Assembly: GCA_963582255.1 (NCBI GenBank)
Contig: CAUZRD010000003.1
Coordinates: 1-32,881, forward strand
Direction: 5' to 3'
Origin: Alphaproteobacteria bacterium
Lineage (GTDB): Bacteria > Pseudomonadota > Alphaproteobacteria > Rhizobiales > TMED25
Length of the DNA: 32,881 bases
Shown: one piece after another, positions 9,389 through 20,368 of the stretch
How the letters are laid out: every line of letters begins with the position of its first letter
How positions within the stretch are numbered: the first letter of the stretch is position 1
Notes under the pieces: model-generated
Database searches by the model: none
Told to the model about the DNA's origin: nothing
Seen by the model: only the letters and a program-made list of their open reading frames with translations
Translations under genes and position numbers: made by a program

Positions 9389-10552
9389 ATGGCCGCACTC
9401 ACAACAACGACCAAGGCAATCTTAGAGCGCCTAATAAGATTTGATACCACCAGCAACAAGTCAAATCTAAATTTAGTTGAATACATCCGTTCCTATCTGC
9501 AGGATTTTGGGATTGGTGCAACTTTGATCCCAGACGGGACTGGCACGAAAGCTGCTCTCTACACAACGATCGGCCCGAGTGTAGAAGGGGGTGTGGTGCT
9601 ATCAGCTCATACTGATGTAGTTCCAACCGCTGGGCAAGAATGGACCAATGATCCATTTCAAATGACTTTACGCGATGCGAAACTCTACGGTCGCGGCAGC
9701 ACCGATATGAAGGGTTTTATTGCATGCGTTTTAGCCCATGTTCCGCAGTTTGTAGCCTCACCACTCAAGCGCCCAATTCATATAGCTCTGTCCTATGACG
9801 AAGAGGTCGGATGTCTCGGTGTGCGCCCACTGAGCAAGCAAATGGCCTCCAGGGTTCCAACACCCATGGCCGTGATTGTTGGCGAACCAACCAACATGGC
9901 TCCGGTGAACGCACATAAGAGTGCATATCTGATCGAGACAATTATCAGTGGCGTTGAAGCTCACTCCAGTGTGCCCGCATGGGGGGTAAACGCGATTGTC
10001 CATGGCGCTAGTATTATTAAGAAGATAGAAAAACTTGGCGAACGACTTGCCGCATTACCAGTGATCGACGATAGATTCTTTCCACCTCACCCAACCGTCA
10101 GTATTGGGGAAATAAGCGGAGGAACAGCGCACAATATTGTCCCTAACACCTGCCGTATTGTGTGGGGAATTCGAGGAATGCCGGAAACTGACGTACCAGA
10201 GCTAATCGATGGGATCCGTAAATTTACCGAAAATCACGTGCTGGTAAAAATGCATAAGGAAAATGCTGCCTGCACTATTGAGACTAAAATCGCCGCATCC
10301 ATCTTGCCGTTAGCGGCAAAACCCGCTGCAGGCGCGGAGTCCTTGATCAGTGTTCTAACCGGGGATAACCGGATGAATGCGGTGTCTTATGGCACAGACG
10401 CAGGGTTTTTTGATGCTGTTGGTTGGCCAAGCATTGTCTGTGGACCAGGCGATATCGCGCAGGCACACAAACCCGATGAGTTTATCGCTATTGAAGAGCT
10501 TAGTAGATGTAGCGCTATGCTTTCACGATTAATGGAAAAACTAAGCCAATAG
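9389..10552 (+). CDS. argE: Acetylornithine deacetylase (M20 family)
   Basis: LSAHTDVVP, LYGRGSTDMKGF, YDEEVGCLG, VGEPT, CGPGDIAQAHKPDEF; close to argD/argF. Confidence 0.88.
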   Translation: MAALTTTTKAILERLIRFDTTSNKSNLNLVEYIRSYLQDFGIGATLIPDGTGTKAALYTTIGPSVEGGVVLSAHTDVVPTAGQEWTNDPFQMTLRDAKLYGRGSTDMKGFIACVLAHVPQFVASPLKRPIHIALSYDEEVGCLGVRPLSKQMASRVPTPMAVIVGEPTNMAPVNAHKSAYLIETIISGVEAHSSVPAWGVNAIVHGASIIKKIEKLGERLAALPVIDDRFFPPHPTVSIGEISGGTAHNIVPNTCRIVWGIRGMPETDVPELIDGIRKFTENHVLVKMHKENAACTIETKIAASILPLAAKPAAGAESLISVLTGDNRMNAVSYGTDAGFFDAVGWPSIVCGPGDIAQAHKPDEFIAIEELSRCSAMLSRLMEKLSQ

Positions 10553-10793
10553 CCAAATCCAGTCACCAACGCTTAAAACTAGCCGGGGCCGACACAATAC
10601 CGATCCCATACCAGCAACCCTGATCACCCGTAAGTTACATATCTAGGTTGGAATATGTGCGTGTGAAAATTGGAATGGACTATTCGGCCTTTAGAAGATT
10701 TCCGGCTATTAGAACCAGTTAACCAAGCACGGCTAACGCGAATGAAGCAGGCCAAATGTTTCTATGATAGCAAGTATCATCAATGCGTAATTA

Positions 10794-11723
10794 TCAGTCG
10801 ATATATTTCAAGAATTTCTCAGGATCGAATTCATAAACAGTGCTGCAGAACTCGCACGTGACTATAATTTTATTATTTTTTATCATCTCGGTAATTTCCT
10901 CAGGAGAGAACCCTCGCAGTAACACGCTCACCCGCTCATGTGAGCAATGACAGCAATCGCGAAGCAAAGTAGGCGGAGATACTCGCACTCCATCTTCATG
11001 AAACAACCTGTAGAGGAGATCCTCGGGAGAGAGCATTGGATCCAGCAATTCATCAGAACTGACCGTATTCACCAAGTGGCGCGCACGATCCCAGTCTTCT
11101 TCATCGAGGGAGGTGTCGACGATGCCCTCCGATGGCAATTTCTGGATCAGAACACCACCCGCCCGCCAACTTGGTGACAACCCATCGAAAGGAGGGCTAG
11201 CAATCTCGCCAGCACCCAGATGTAACCGTGTCGGAATTTGCTCTGATTGATTAAAGTAGGTATGGGCTGCATCCGCAATATCTTGCCCCTCAAGAGACAC
11301 GATACCCTGATACCTTTCCATTTCTGACCCCTGATCGATAGTCATGCCAAGTGTGCCTTTCCCAAGCAACTGCACTCCACTGGCGTGACTATCTTCGGGT
11401 AGGCGCGCGGTATCAAAATGGGCATAAGCGCGCATCATCCCGGAGGTCTCATATTCGACAACCAAAAGATCAACTGGCCCGTCGGAGTTAGCTTGTAAGA
11501 TAAACCTTCCATCGAACTTCAGCCCTACGCCGAGCAGAGCAGTCAATGCCACCGCCTCACCTAGAAGCCGGTTAACGGGGGATGGATAATTATGACGGGC
11601 AATCACATCGGTGATCATCGATCCCAACCGCACTATCCGACCACTAACTCCACCACCAACAATCGAAAACGGAATCACTAAGTCATCAAAAGCTGTAACT
11701 ACGTCAAGGTAAGGCCGGATCAC
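10794..11723 (-). CDS. hslO: Hsp33 redox-regulated chaperone
   Basis: YQGIVSL, YFNQSEQIPT and zinc-binding CHCS...CEFC. Start re-assigned to GTG 11723 (AGGA RBS) just after the argF stop. Confidence 0.92.
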   Translation of the reverse strand: MIRPYLDVVTAFDDLVIPFSIVGGGVSGRIVRLGSMITDVIARHNYPSPVNRLLGEAVALTALLGVGLKFDGRFILQANSDGPVDLLVVEYETSGMMRAYAHFDTARLPEDSHASGVQLLGKGTLGMTIDQGSEMERYQGIVSLEGQDIADAAHTYFNQSEQIPTRLHLGAGEIASPPFDGLSPSWRAGGVLIQKLPSEGIVDTSLDEEDWDRARHLVNTVSSDELLDPMLSPEDLLYRLFHEDGVRVSPPTLLRDCCHCSHERVSVLLRGFSPEEITEMIKNNKIIVTCEFCSTVYEFDPEKFLKYID

Positions 11724-11727
11724 TTTC

Positions 11728-12660
11728 CTAACCCGCGGCTCCAAGGCACCAGGCAAGTATTCCCTTATGGGCGTGCAACCGGTTTTCTGCCTCGTCAAAG
11801 ACTACAGATTGGGGGCCATCCATGACCTCGTCGGTCACTTCCTCACCACGATGGGCGGGTAGGCAATGCATAAAAAGGGCATCCGGGCGTGCGTGGCGCA
11901 TCAGTTCACTATTAACTTGATAACGGTGAAGCAGATTGTGGCGTCGCTCCACGTCATCATCACTCATTGAAACCCAAGCATCGGTTACCACGCAATCGGC
12001 ACCATCGACCGCTTCACTCGGATTGCGATAAATGCTGATATCTGCACCGTTCTTTCGCGCCCAATCGATGAGCTCGTCTGGTGGATTAAGAGTTTCTGGG
12101 CAAGCTAAGCGCAGCTCAAACTGGAATTTTACGGCAGCGTGTATCCAGCTCTTGGCAACATTATTGCCATCACCCGACCAGGAAATGCGTTTTCCGGCAA
12201 TCGAGCCACGGTGTTCTTCAAACGTCATCAGATCAGCCATGAGCTGGCAGGGATGAGACCGATTAGTGAGCCCATTGATCACCGGAACCGTCGCGTGCTC
12301 GGCCAGTTCTAGCATATCCTCATGACGTCGGGCGCGAATGACGATCACGTCCACATAGCGCGACAGAACCTTGGCGGTATCTCTGATCTCCTCACCTCGA
12401 CCTATTTGCATATCAGCTCGGGAAAGAAAAAAACTATCTCCGCCCAATTCACGCATCCCAACCTCAAAGGAAATTCTTGTGCGTGTTGAAGGCTGTTCAA
12501 AGATCATAGCGAGCATCTTACCGGCCAGAGGATTTGGCGTGTTGGTCTGACCCGCATTCTCTTTCTCCGCCCGGCGAGATATCTTGCGGGCACGCGCATC
12601 CTTGATGATTTTATGCAGCAGCACAGCATCTAATTCGCTCAAATCAAGAAAATTACGCAT
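11728..12660 (-). CDS. argF: Ornithine carbamoyltransferase
   Basis: [24 protein letters not shown]. Start is probably ATG 12660. Confidence 0.96.
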   Translation of the reverse strand: MRNFLDLSELDAVLLHKIIKDARARKISRRAEKENAGQTNTPNPLAGKMLAMIFEQPSTRTRISFEVGMRELGGDSFFLSRADMQIGRGEEIRDTAKVLSRYVDVIVIRARRHEDMLELAEHATVPVINGLTNRSHPCQLMADLMTFEEHRGSIAGKRISWSGDGNNVAKSWIHAAVKFQFELRLACPETLNPPDELIDWARKNGADISIYRNPSEAVDGADCVVTDAWVSMSDDDVERRHNLLHRYQVNSELMRHARPDALFMHCLPAHRGEEVTDEVMDGPQSVVFDEAENRLHAHKGILAWCLGAAG

Positions 12661-12685
12661 ACCTTCGTTAGGCACCCTTCCCGCC

Positions 12686-13867
12686 TTACGCTTTTGCATC
12701 TAGAGCTACACAAGCGCGGATGATGCGCTCGATAGCATCATTGATCACCGCCTCGGCAATATTGAGCGGTGGCAAAAAACGCACAACATTTTCGCCAGCA
12801 GCGACGGCAAGAAGATTCTCATCGGCCAACGCATCAACCAAGTCACCATTAGCAGCCCTGCATTTTAACCCAATCATCAAGCCTGTGCCACGCAGTTCTT
12901 CCAGTACGCCTGGATGCTTGTCCACGAGAAGAGCAAGTTTTTGGCGGAAGATTGCTGCCATGTCACGCGAGTGTTTCAAAAATCCGTCATCAAGGACCAC
13001 ATCGAGAACCGCATTTGCAGCAGCCATGGCAAGGGGATTGCCTCCAAAAGTTGAGCCATGCGTGCCCGCCGTCATGCCTTTGGCCGCCTCACCGGTTGCC
13101 AAACAGGCGCCAATCGGGAACCCGCCACCAAGAGCCTTGGCGATGGCCATGATATCTGGTTCAATATTAGCCCATTCATGGGCAAATAATTTGCCGGTAC
13201 GGCCCATTCCAGTCTGGACCTCATCTACAACAAGAAGAAGACCTCGTTCACGGGTGAGTTCTCTCAACTCGCACAAAAACTTATTTCCAGCCGCACGGAC
13301 GCCGCCTTCTCCCTGAACCACTTCAATCAATATGCCTGCAGTTTGTGGACTGATTGCCTGTTTGACGGCATCCAAATCGCCAAGCCTAACTTGATCAAAG
13401 CCATCAACAGGAGGGCCAAAGCCATCAAGATGTTTTTCATTCCCTCCAGCAGCGATAGTACACATTGTCCGACCATGGAAAGCACCTTCAAAGGTAATGA
13501 GGCGATACCTCTCTGATGCGCCAGATACATGGTGGTAACGTCTTGCCATCTTAATGGCACATTCGACCGCCTCAGCGCCGGAATTGGAAAAAAACATGGT
13601 GTCGGCGAACGTCGCCTGACGCAGTCTTTCGGCCAACCGCTGCTGACCTGGGATTTCATACAGGTTGGAGACATGCAACAGCTTGGCCGCCTGACCGGTT
13701 ATAGCTTCAACCAAATGGGGGTGGCTATGCCCGAGAACGCTTACGGCAATCCCCCCGGCAAAATCGAGATGCACGTTACCGTTTTCATCGGTTAGATATG
13801 CCCCTTGTCCGCTTACGAATGCGACCGGTTTACGAGCATAGGTTGGTAGAATGGAGTCAATCACCAC
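12686..13867 (-). CDS. argD: Acetylornithine aminotransferase
   Basis: Class III PLP aminotransferase: [40 protein letters not shown]; in an operon with argF. Confidence 0.95.
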   Translation of the reverse strand: MVIDSILPTYARKPVAFVSGQGAYLTDENGNVHLDFAGGIAVSVLGHSHPHLVEAITGQAAKLLHVSNLYEIPGQQRLAERLRQATFADTMFFSNSGAEAVECAIKMARRYHHVSGASERYRLITFEGAFHGRTMCTIAAGGNEKHLDGFGPPVDGFDQVRLGDLDAVKQAISPQTAGILIEVVQGEGGVRAAGNKFLCELRELTRERGLLLVVDEVQTGMGRTGKLFAHEWANIEPDIMAIAKALGGGFPIGACLATGEAAKGMTAGTHGSTFGGNPLAMAAANAVLDVVLDDGFLKHSRDMAAIFRQKLALLVDKHPGVLEELRGTGLMIGLKCRAANGDLVDALADENLLAVAAGENVVRFLPPLNIAEAVINDAIERIIRACVALDAKA

Positions 13868-13967
13868 ATCATCTCTTTAAATTAGGAGGCACTCTATCTA
13901 GCCTTGAAGCCAAAACCGCTCCCGGGTCACACCGGGCGGCGGGGCCATCCATTGTAAGGGGTCTCGC

Positions 13968-13995
13968 ATTGTAAGGGGCCTAGTCCTCAAGTCAA
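13968..13995 (-). promoter_or_regulatory. Putative sigma70 promoter of argD-argF-hslO
   Basis: Minus-strand TTGACT-N16-TACAAT. Confidence 0.5.
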
Positions 13996-14178
13996 CGTAA
14001 TGTGACATGCAGGTGAGCAGCTGTTCTAGTATCCAGATTCAGTACTAATCTATATTTAGAAGAGTAGCCCAAACGCACCGCCCACGTATCAGAATATTTA
14101 ATGTCCAATACAGAGAATGCCCTAACGCGCCCAGATAGCGACCCACACACAACATCGGACTCTACTAGCAATGATGGT

Positions 14179-14210
14179 TGGGGAAAACCTGTCAGGTGAA
14201 TTGCGGATAA
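14179..14210. promoter_or_regulatory. Putative DnaA boxes upstream of gcrA
   Basis: TGCGGATAA (14202-14210, 8/9 match to TGTGGATAA) and TGGGGAAAA (14179-14187, 7/9). gcrA is DnaA-activated in Caulobacter. Confidence 0.5.
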
Positions 14211-14342
14211 GCACGCGTATGTTGTATCAATGAAAGAGCTCTATACTATATATGGTTATGATAATTAGTCACGATCGATCGCCAAGCGTAATGGCACGTG
14301 AGTGGGGGCTTACTATCAATTCATAGTGGCGGAGGGTTAAAT

Positions 14343-14855
14343 ATGTCGTGGACAGACGAAAGGGTGGAGCTACTAAAGAAGCTCTGGACAGACGGCCTTA
14401 GTGCCAGTCAGATCGCTTCTAGAATGGGTGGGCTTACACGTAACGCTGTGATCGGAAAAGTGCACCGCCTCGGTCTTTCCGGCCGCACGCGTCCGGCGCG
14501 TCCGCGAGCACCAAAACCGCGCCATTCCGTGTCTTCAAGAACACATCGACATCCAACAGCCGGGAATCTAGCTTTACGGCAGGATAAGATCCTAGATGAC
14601 GAAGTCGGGATTGAGCCGGAACCCCAACCAACACCGATAAACCCAATAGAGATTGCGCCCGGCGAATATGTCACCATCCTGACATTGACAGAAACGCGGT
14701 GCAAATGGCCAATCGGCGATCCGACAGAATCTGATTTTCATTTCTGCGGACATGAATCTGGGCCTGAATCTCCCTATTGCAAAGAACATGCGCGGGCAGC
14801 CTACCAGCCTGCGCAGGATCGCCGCAAACGCAAGCAAGCAGTCGGCATAGGATAA
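14343..14855 (+). CDS. gcrA: GcrA cell cycle regulator
   Basis: MSWTDERVELLKKLWTDGLSASQIA...TRNAVIGKVHRLGL and CKWPIGDP...FHFCG...PYCKEH; GGAGG RBS before ATG 14343. Confidence 0.96.
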   Translation: MSWTDERVELLKKLWTDGLSASQIASRMGGLTRNAVIGKVHRLGLSGRTRPARPRAPKPRHSVSSRTHRHPTAGNLALRQDKILDDEVGIEPEPQPTPINPIEIAPGEYVTILTLTETRCKWPIGDPTESDFHFCGHESGPESPYCKEHARAAYQPAQDRRKRKQAVGIG

Positions 14856-14940
14856 CATTCGGGCTGAGCGTTATCACATACCGCCCCATCGATTCTGCGA
14901 GAATATTTGCACTTATCGGATAGGAGGCTATCTTACCAAA

Positions 14941-15636
14941 GTGATTGATTCAGAAATACTAAAAAATAGTTTTTTGTTCGAGGATCTTGCTCCAGATCTC
15001 ATAATTCACCTAGCCCAAGTGGTTAGGCATGTCACACTCGACAAAGACCAGGTTCTTTTTTTTGAGGGGGATACAAGCAACGGCTTCTATGCCATCTTAG
15101 AGGGAGCGGTGCGCGTTTCGGTGGTTTCGGACGAAGGTGATGAGCGGATCATTGCAATATTATGCGATGGAGAGATCGTTGGTGAACTTGGATTTATAGA
15201 TGGCAGTGTACGTTCGGCAAGAGTAACCGGCGCTCGGTCGTCTCGTCTTGTTTTTGTACCGCAGGCCGGATTTCAGCGTGTCGCAGATAACAATCCAGCA
15301 ATCTACCGGCACATGCTGCGTGTGGTTGGCGATAGACTACGTCAGACCAACGTGGCGCGTAGGGCACAGGATTTTTTGCCTCTCACCGGCCGAGTTGCAC
15401 AAACTATGTTGAGATTGGCGGTCGCATTTGGGCAACCAGTCGGAGAGAGCAGAACCCTCATTCATCACAAAATCACTCACGCAGGAATCGCCTTGATGGT
15501 TGGCGTAGCGCGTGAGAATGTTAGCCGCACAATTTCAAAATGGCAGCGAGATAAACTGATCACCCGAATTAGCGGGTATTACTGTCTCGAAAATGAGCCC
15601 GCCTTACGCGAACTAGCAGGAGAAGATGAAGACTAA
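14941..15636 (+). CDS. Crp/Fnr family transcriptional regulator
   Basis: cNMP-binding domain (LFFEGD, GELGFIDGSVRSA) and C-terminal HTH (GVARENVSRTISKW); no Fnr Cys cluster. Confidence 0.9.
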   Translation: MIDSEILKNSFLFEDLAPDLIIHLAQVVRHVTLDKDQVLFFEGDTSNGFYAILEGAVRVSVVSDEGDERIIAILCDGEIVGELGFIDGSVRSARVTGARSSRLVFVPQAGFQRVADNNPAIYRHMLRVVGDRLRQTNVARRAQDFLPLTGRVAQTMLRLAVAFGQPVGESRTLIHHKITHAGIALMVGVARENVSRTISKWQRDKLITRISGYYCLENEPALRELAGEDED

Positions 15637-15771
15637 ACCCACCACTGTAGAATAACACCTATACCCCCAGCTTAATGCTCACAAAAGTCGGTAACCATAC
15701 GTCACAAACAATCAGCTAACTTCTCTCCTCAGCCATTGCCAGCAAAACCGACCCCTCGTATGTATTGTTGA

Positions 15772-17592
15772 ATGGCTTACCCCCTCCTAACCATGAGTAA
15801 CATCCACTTGGCATTCGCCAGCGCACCTCTGTTTGTAGAGGCGAAGCTGGTTGTGCATGAACGCGAACGTCTCTGCATAGTCGGGCGTAACGGCACCGGA
15901 AAATCAACGCTCATGAAGATCGCCGCAGGATTGGTGGAGCCGGATGGAGGCCAACGCTTCATTCAACCCGGAACGACGCTCAGATATCTCTCCCAGGAAC
16001 CAGACTTCTCTGGATTTAGTAGCGTGCAGACCTATGTCGAGGCAGGGCTTGAGCAGGACGATATACATCACCGTGCGGCGTATCTTCTTTCCGAGCTTGG
16101 CCTAACGGGCACCGAAGATCCAGCAACACTGTCGGGCGGCGAGGCGAGGCGCGCCGCACTAGCCCGCGCACTCACACCCGAACCTGATATACTGCTTCTC
16201 GACGAGCCAACCAACCACCTAGATCTTCCAACAATCGAATGGCTGGAGGGTGAGCTCAGCGCAACCAATGCAGCACTTTTACTGATCAGCCACGACCGAC
16301 AGTTTCTTAAGCATCTTTCGGCCGCTGTTCTTTGGATTGACCGCGGCGAAGTTCGCCGACTGGACCGCGGGTTTGCTCATTTTGAAACATGGCGAGATCA
16401 GTTTCTGGAACACGAGGAGACCGAGCGTCACAAGCTCGATCGTAGAATTTCTTCCGAGGAACACTGGCTACGTTATGGCGTAACCGCAAGGCGCAAGCGC
16501 AATCAGGGCCGTTTGCGGCGCCTCCAAGCTCTGAGGACCGAGCGCCGAAACGAGCGCAAGGCTATTGGCAAAATCGACTTAAGCATATCCCTCTCTGGTA
16601 AGTCTGGAAAGAAAGTCATTGAGGCGAAAGGCATTTCAAAATCATTTGGCAACTTGCGCGTAATCAACAACCTCTCAATCCGCGTGTTGCGGGGCGATCG
16701 AATTGGCATTGTTGGTCCGAACGGCTCTGGCAAAACAACCCTTGTTAATCTGATAACAGCTTCAATCACACCCGATGCAGGCGAAGTAATACTCGGCATG
16801 GGTCTTGAGATGGCAACACTCGACCAGGGGCGCGAAAGCCTCGATCCGGATGAGACATTACGCAGCGCCCTGACCGGGGGAGATAGCGACACAATTTCTG
16901 TCAATGGAACCCCTCGCCACATCATCAGCTACATGAAGGATTTCCTATTTGAACCGGACCAGTCTCGGCTTCCATTAAGGCTTCTCTCAGGAGGTGAGCG
17001 TGGGCGGCTAATGCTGGCAAGAGCCTTCGCACAACCTTCAAACCTTCTAGTCCTCGATGAACCTACAAACGACCTTGATCTTGAAACCCTTGATCTCCTC
17101 CAAGAAATGCTCGCGGAATACCCGGGTACAGCTTTAATCGTCAGTCATGATCGAGATTTCCTAGACCGCGTCGTAACCTCAACGCTAGTCGCGGAGGGCG
17201 AGGGCCGCTGGCGTCAGTATCCCGGGGGATATTCCGACTTCCTTATTCAACGAGGCAGTCAAACTGACATCCCTACCCCCAAGGGCAAATCCACCAAGAA
17301 TACCATCAGGGTAGAGACCAAATCCACGGCACCCGTCTTCACTAGGGCTCCAACCAAGTTATCCTATAGGGAGAAGATCGCGCTGGAGACAACCCCGACC
17401 AGAATCTCGGATCTCGAGACGGGCATTGGAAAACTCGAAGTGCGTCTAGCCATGCCAGACTTCTACGAGCTTGATCCGAAAGGTTTTGCGCTGGCTGCTA
17501 GCGCTCTTGACGCTGCGCGCGCAGCGCTCACAGCCGCCGAAGATGAGTGGTTAGCTCTGGAGTTGAAACAAGAAAAGATCGATAAAAGATAA
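15772..17592 (+). CDS. uup: ABC-F family ATPase (Uup-like)
   Basis: Two ABC domains (GRNGTGKST, GPNGSGKTT, LSGGE, DEPTN), linker GVTARRKRNQGR, coiled-coil C-terminus, no TM segments. Confidence 0.88.
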   Translation: MAYPLLTMSNIHLAFASAPLFVEAKLVVHERERLCIVGRNGTGKSTLMKIAAGLVEPDGGQRFIQPGTTLRYLSQEPDFSGFSSVQTYVEAGLEQDDIHHRAAYLLSELGLTGTEDPATLSGGEARRAALARALTPEPDILLLDEPTNHLDLPTIEWLEGELSATNAALLLISHDRQFLKHLSAAVLWIDRGEVRRLDRGFAHFETWRDQFLEHEETERHKLDRRISSEEHWLRYGVTARRKRNQGRLRRLQALRTERRNERKAIGKIDLSISLSGKSGKKVIEAKGISKSFGNLRVINNLSIRVLRGDRIGIVGPNGSGKTTLVNLITASITPDAGEVILGMGLEMATLDQGRESLDPDETLRSALTGGDSDTISVNGTPRHIISYMKDFLFEPDQSRLPLRLLSGGERGRLMLARAFAQPSNLLVLDEPTNDLDLETLDLLQEMLAEYPGTALIVSHDRDFLDRVVTSTLVAEGEGRWRQYPGGYSDFLIQRGSQTDIPTPKGKSTKNTIRVETKSTAPVFTRAPTKLSYREKIALETTPTRISDLETGIGKLEVRLAMPDFYELDPKGFALAASALDAARAALTAAEDEWLALELKQEKIDKR

Positions 17593-17695
17593 CTCAGTGC
17601 CATCACTTTATTTTCAAAAGATTGCAGACAGTTTCCAACCACAAACAGATAATGTTGGTATTTGCCTGCAACGCACTGGCGGAGATACCGTGCCA

Positions 17696-18724
17696 TCAGG
17701 CCGCTGCGTTGTTAATCCCCCCGGCCTCGACGAGGCGGTAGCGATCGAGCAGTTCGGGTGCCAATTGGCGCCTTTGTTCAGGTGGCAAAGCAATCCACAT
17801 ACGCAAAAGATGCCGTCGGCGTTCTGGCTCATCAAAATCTTCATAAGCTTCTCGGGCATGCAGAACCATGTGGTTATTCACGAACTGGATATCTCCTTCC
17901 TGGAAATCGATCGCGAGACGCATATCCGGACGAGAAGCGACCTCATGAACCACATCGAGCGCTTCACTCTGGCATTCGGTGAGTGCCAATTCATCACCGA
18001 ATCGAGCTACCTGATCGAAGACAAACCGAGCTGTGACTCGCGAGGTAAGTTTGCCATCCCAATAGCTGTAAAGCGGGTTGGTGTACCACGGTTCCGCGCC
18101 ATCAGGACGATCGCCGCGCCAATCACCATGGAAGGGTTCATAGAGCACATCAAGGAGGTCAGGACGCTCGTCGAGGATTACATTGTGAACAGCGAGCGCA
18201 CTAACCAGATAACTCGCACCGCCGGCCTTTGCCGTGCGTAGACAGAATAAACCCAAAATATCCACCGGCAGGAGATCACAGTGAAATTCAAGCTTCGCCA
18301 ACGTCTGATACCCACGCGCATTGGGATCGGAGAGAGACCGGCCTTCGTTACGTACATGGCATATATTCTCACCGCGTAAATTTTGTGAGATAGGGGTGCC
18401 CAAATGAGCTGCAATCCCCCAATATATCAGTGTACATTCCTCATTACTGTAGCGTTCACGAGGAACCCCTCGGACCACGATAAAGCCAAGCCCGTCCTCT
18501 AGTAATCTCGGGATTTCACCTATTCGTGCTTTAAGATGGGGTAAATCAAATACCGATCTATCAAATGGAATTGTCAGTCGTTGAGACTTCACATGAGCAA
18601 GGGCTCGGTCAATTTCATCGATATCCGGCCCATCTAGCTGCATAATCCAGCCATTATCTTCTTGAATATCAGAGCCACGCCAAGCGCCTAGAACTGTAAT
18701 CTGCTCGCGATAAGACTTTGTCAT
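17696..18724 (-). CDS. TauD/TfdA-superfamily dioxygenase (clavaminate synthase-like subgroup)
   Basis: FHCD (HxD), GGASYLVS, GDIQFVNNHMVLHAREAYED, RRHLLRMW. Confidence 0.88.
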   Translation of the reverse strand: MTKSYREQITVLGAWRGSDIQEDNGWIMQLDGPDIDEIDRALAHVKSQRLTIPFDRSVFDLPHLKARIGEIPRLLEDGLGFIVVRGVPRERYSNEECTLIYWGIAAHLGTPISQNLRGENICHVRNEGRSLSDPNARGYQTLAKLEFHCDLLPVDILGLFCLRTAKAGGASYLVSALAVHNVILDERPDLLDVLYEPFHGDWRGDRPDGAEPWYTNPLYSYWDGKLTSRVTARFVFDQVARFGDELALTECQSEALDVVHEVASRPDMRLAIDFQEGDIQFVNNHMVLHAREAYEDFDEPERRRHLLRMWIALPPEQRRQLAPELLDRYRLVEAGGINNAAA

Positions 18725-18910
18725 AGGGCATCCCTTTCAGGCGAGAGAGCTAGCGTAATCTGACTCTCGTGGCTTATCTTAATATCACGCACTTAAAAAT
18801 GCATGCAGCAGGATGGGCTTTACGCGACTTATCTGTTGTCCTTTATACACACTATCGGGTTAGTCTCCGACTAATTCTTGAAGAAATTCAGCCGGAAACG
18901 GGGGCTAGAG

Positions 18911-20191
18911 ATGGAACTGAACCGCCTTTCAGCGACGGAAATTGTCGCCGATATAGCTTCAGGGCGCACGACAAGCGTAGCTGTTGTTGAATCTTGCCTC
19001 GACCGAATCCTGATTCGTGAAGAGGAAATTCATGCTTGGGCATTCATCGATCCGGAGCTGGCACTAAAGCAAGCCAGAGAGCGCGACCTTGGCCCTATAT
19101 TAGGGCCTCTCCACGGACTACCTGTCGGTATCAAAGACATCATTGACACAGCGGATATGCCAACTGCGATGGGTTCTTCTATTTATGCAGATCACCATTC
19201 ATTAGGGGATGCAGCCTGCGTCGCAATCATCAGAAATGCCGGTGCTATTATTCTCGGGAAGACCATGACGACGGAGTTTGCAAGTATGTCTCCGTGTCCG
19301 ACACTTAACCCTCACGATGGAGCTCATACCCCAGGGGGATCTTCTAGTGGATCCGCAGCCGCAGTCGCCGATTTCATGGTGCCTATAGCCTTGGGAACCC
19401 AGACGGGTGGTTCGGTTTTGCGCCCATCTTCATATTGCGGGATCATCGGATACAAGCCAAGTTTTGGAACATTCAATCTCACGGGAGTAAAGCCCGCGGC
19501 ACAAAGCCTTGATACTCTCGGTCTTCATGCCCGTTCACTCCAAGATATCAACCTTGTAGCATCAACCTTATCTGGGCGGGCACAGTCCACAATTGATCTC
19601 TCAACTGGTATTCAGAAAATAGGAATCTGCCGAACTCCACTTTGGCAAGCTGCACAAGAAGAAACAGTTGCCGCGCTAGAGTATGCTTCAAGCTGCCTTG
19701 CAAAGTTGGGCTGTGAGATGATCGATGTTGAACTACCTGATGTTTTTAATGCTCTAGACGCCTCCCGAGCCATCATCACGGCCTATGAGCGCAGTCATGC
19801 GCTAACGTGGGAGTGGACATATCATCGCGACCAGATTGGCGACCCCCTTTGCGAGGAAATTATCCGCGGGCGGGCATTATCACATGAGGATTATGCTAGG
19901 GCCACTCGCCATGCAAAGCACTGTCGTCGGATCATCGAAGATTGTATTAAGCCATTCGATGTATTTCTAGCACCCACAGCTGACGGAGCAGCACCGCTTG
20001 GGATAGCCTCGACCGGTAACGCGAGATTCCAGGGTTTTTGGACCATCCTTCGCCTTCCATCGATTACCTTACCAACGCACACAGCACCGAATGGACTTCC
20101 TGTTGGCATCCAGATTGTTGGCAAACATGCCGCCGACATCGAACTAATTAGTGCTGCGCAATGGATATTTGACAATCTGATAAGCAAATGA
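18911..20191 (+). CDS. Amidase signature family protein
   Basis: GPLHGLPVGIKD, TPGGSSSGSAAAVA, GTQTGGSVLRP (Lys-cisSer-Ser triad), GLPVGIQ. Start is ATG 18911. Confidence 0.92.
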   Translation: MELNRLSATEIVADIASGRTTSVAVVESCLDRILIREEEIHAWAFIDPELALKQARERDLGPILGPLHGLPVGIKDIIDTADMPTAMGSSIYADHHSLGDAACVAIIRNAGAIILGKTMTTEFASMSPCPTLNPHDGAHTPGGSSSGSAAAVADFMVPIALGTQTGGSVLRPSSYCGIIGYKPSFGTFNLTGVKPAAQSLDTLGLHARSLQDINLVASTLSGRAQSTIDLSTGIQKIGICRTPLWQAAQEETVAALEYASSCLAKLGCEMIDVELPDVFNALDASRAIITAYERSHALTWEWTYHRDQIGDPLCEEIIRGRALSHEDYARATRHAKHCRRIIEDCIKPFDVFLAPTADGAAPLGIASTGNARFQGFWTILRLPSITLPTHTAPNGLPVGIQIVGKHAADIELISAAQWIFDNLISK

Positions 20192-20368
20192 TTATTGGGC
20201 CTCTAGCCAACGCCCGCTGCTTCGGCCTGTTCTTTAGATGCAGCCAACGGAAATCTCCCAATATTTCAGGCAGTTACAATGCCTACCGGTTACCACTTGT
20301 TTGTCTGCGCTATATTGCACAAATCAAATCTTATGAATTCAACCACTGGTATAATTTTGGAGCATCCG

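Noticed and set aside
11724-11798. Long hslO/argF overlap
   Set aside because: GTG 11723 with an AGGA RBS removes the overlap.
12720-13316. 198-aa plus-strand ORF; likewise 8122..8694, 2433..2837, 16503..16925 and other short track ORFs
   Set aside because: Antisense or alternate-frame shadows of well-supported genes, with Ser/Arg/Pro-rich non-protein-like composition.
17597-18241. 214-aa plus-strand ORF
   Set aside because: Antisense shadow of the TauD-like gene, with no recognisable motifs.
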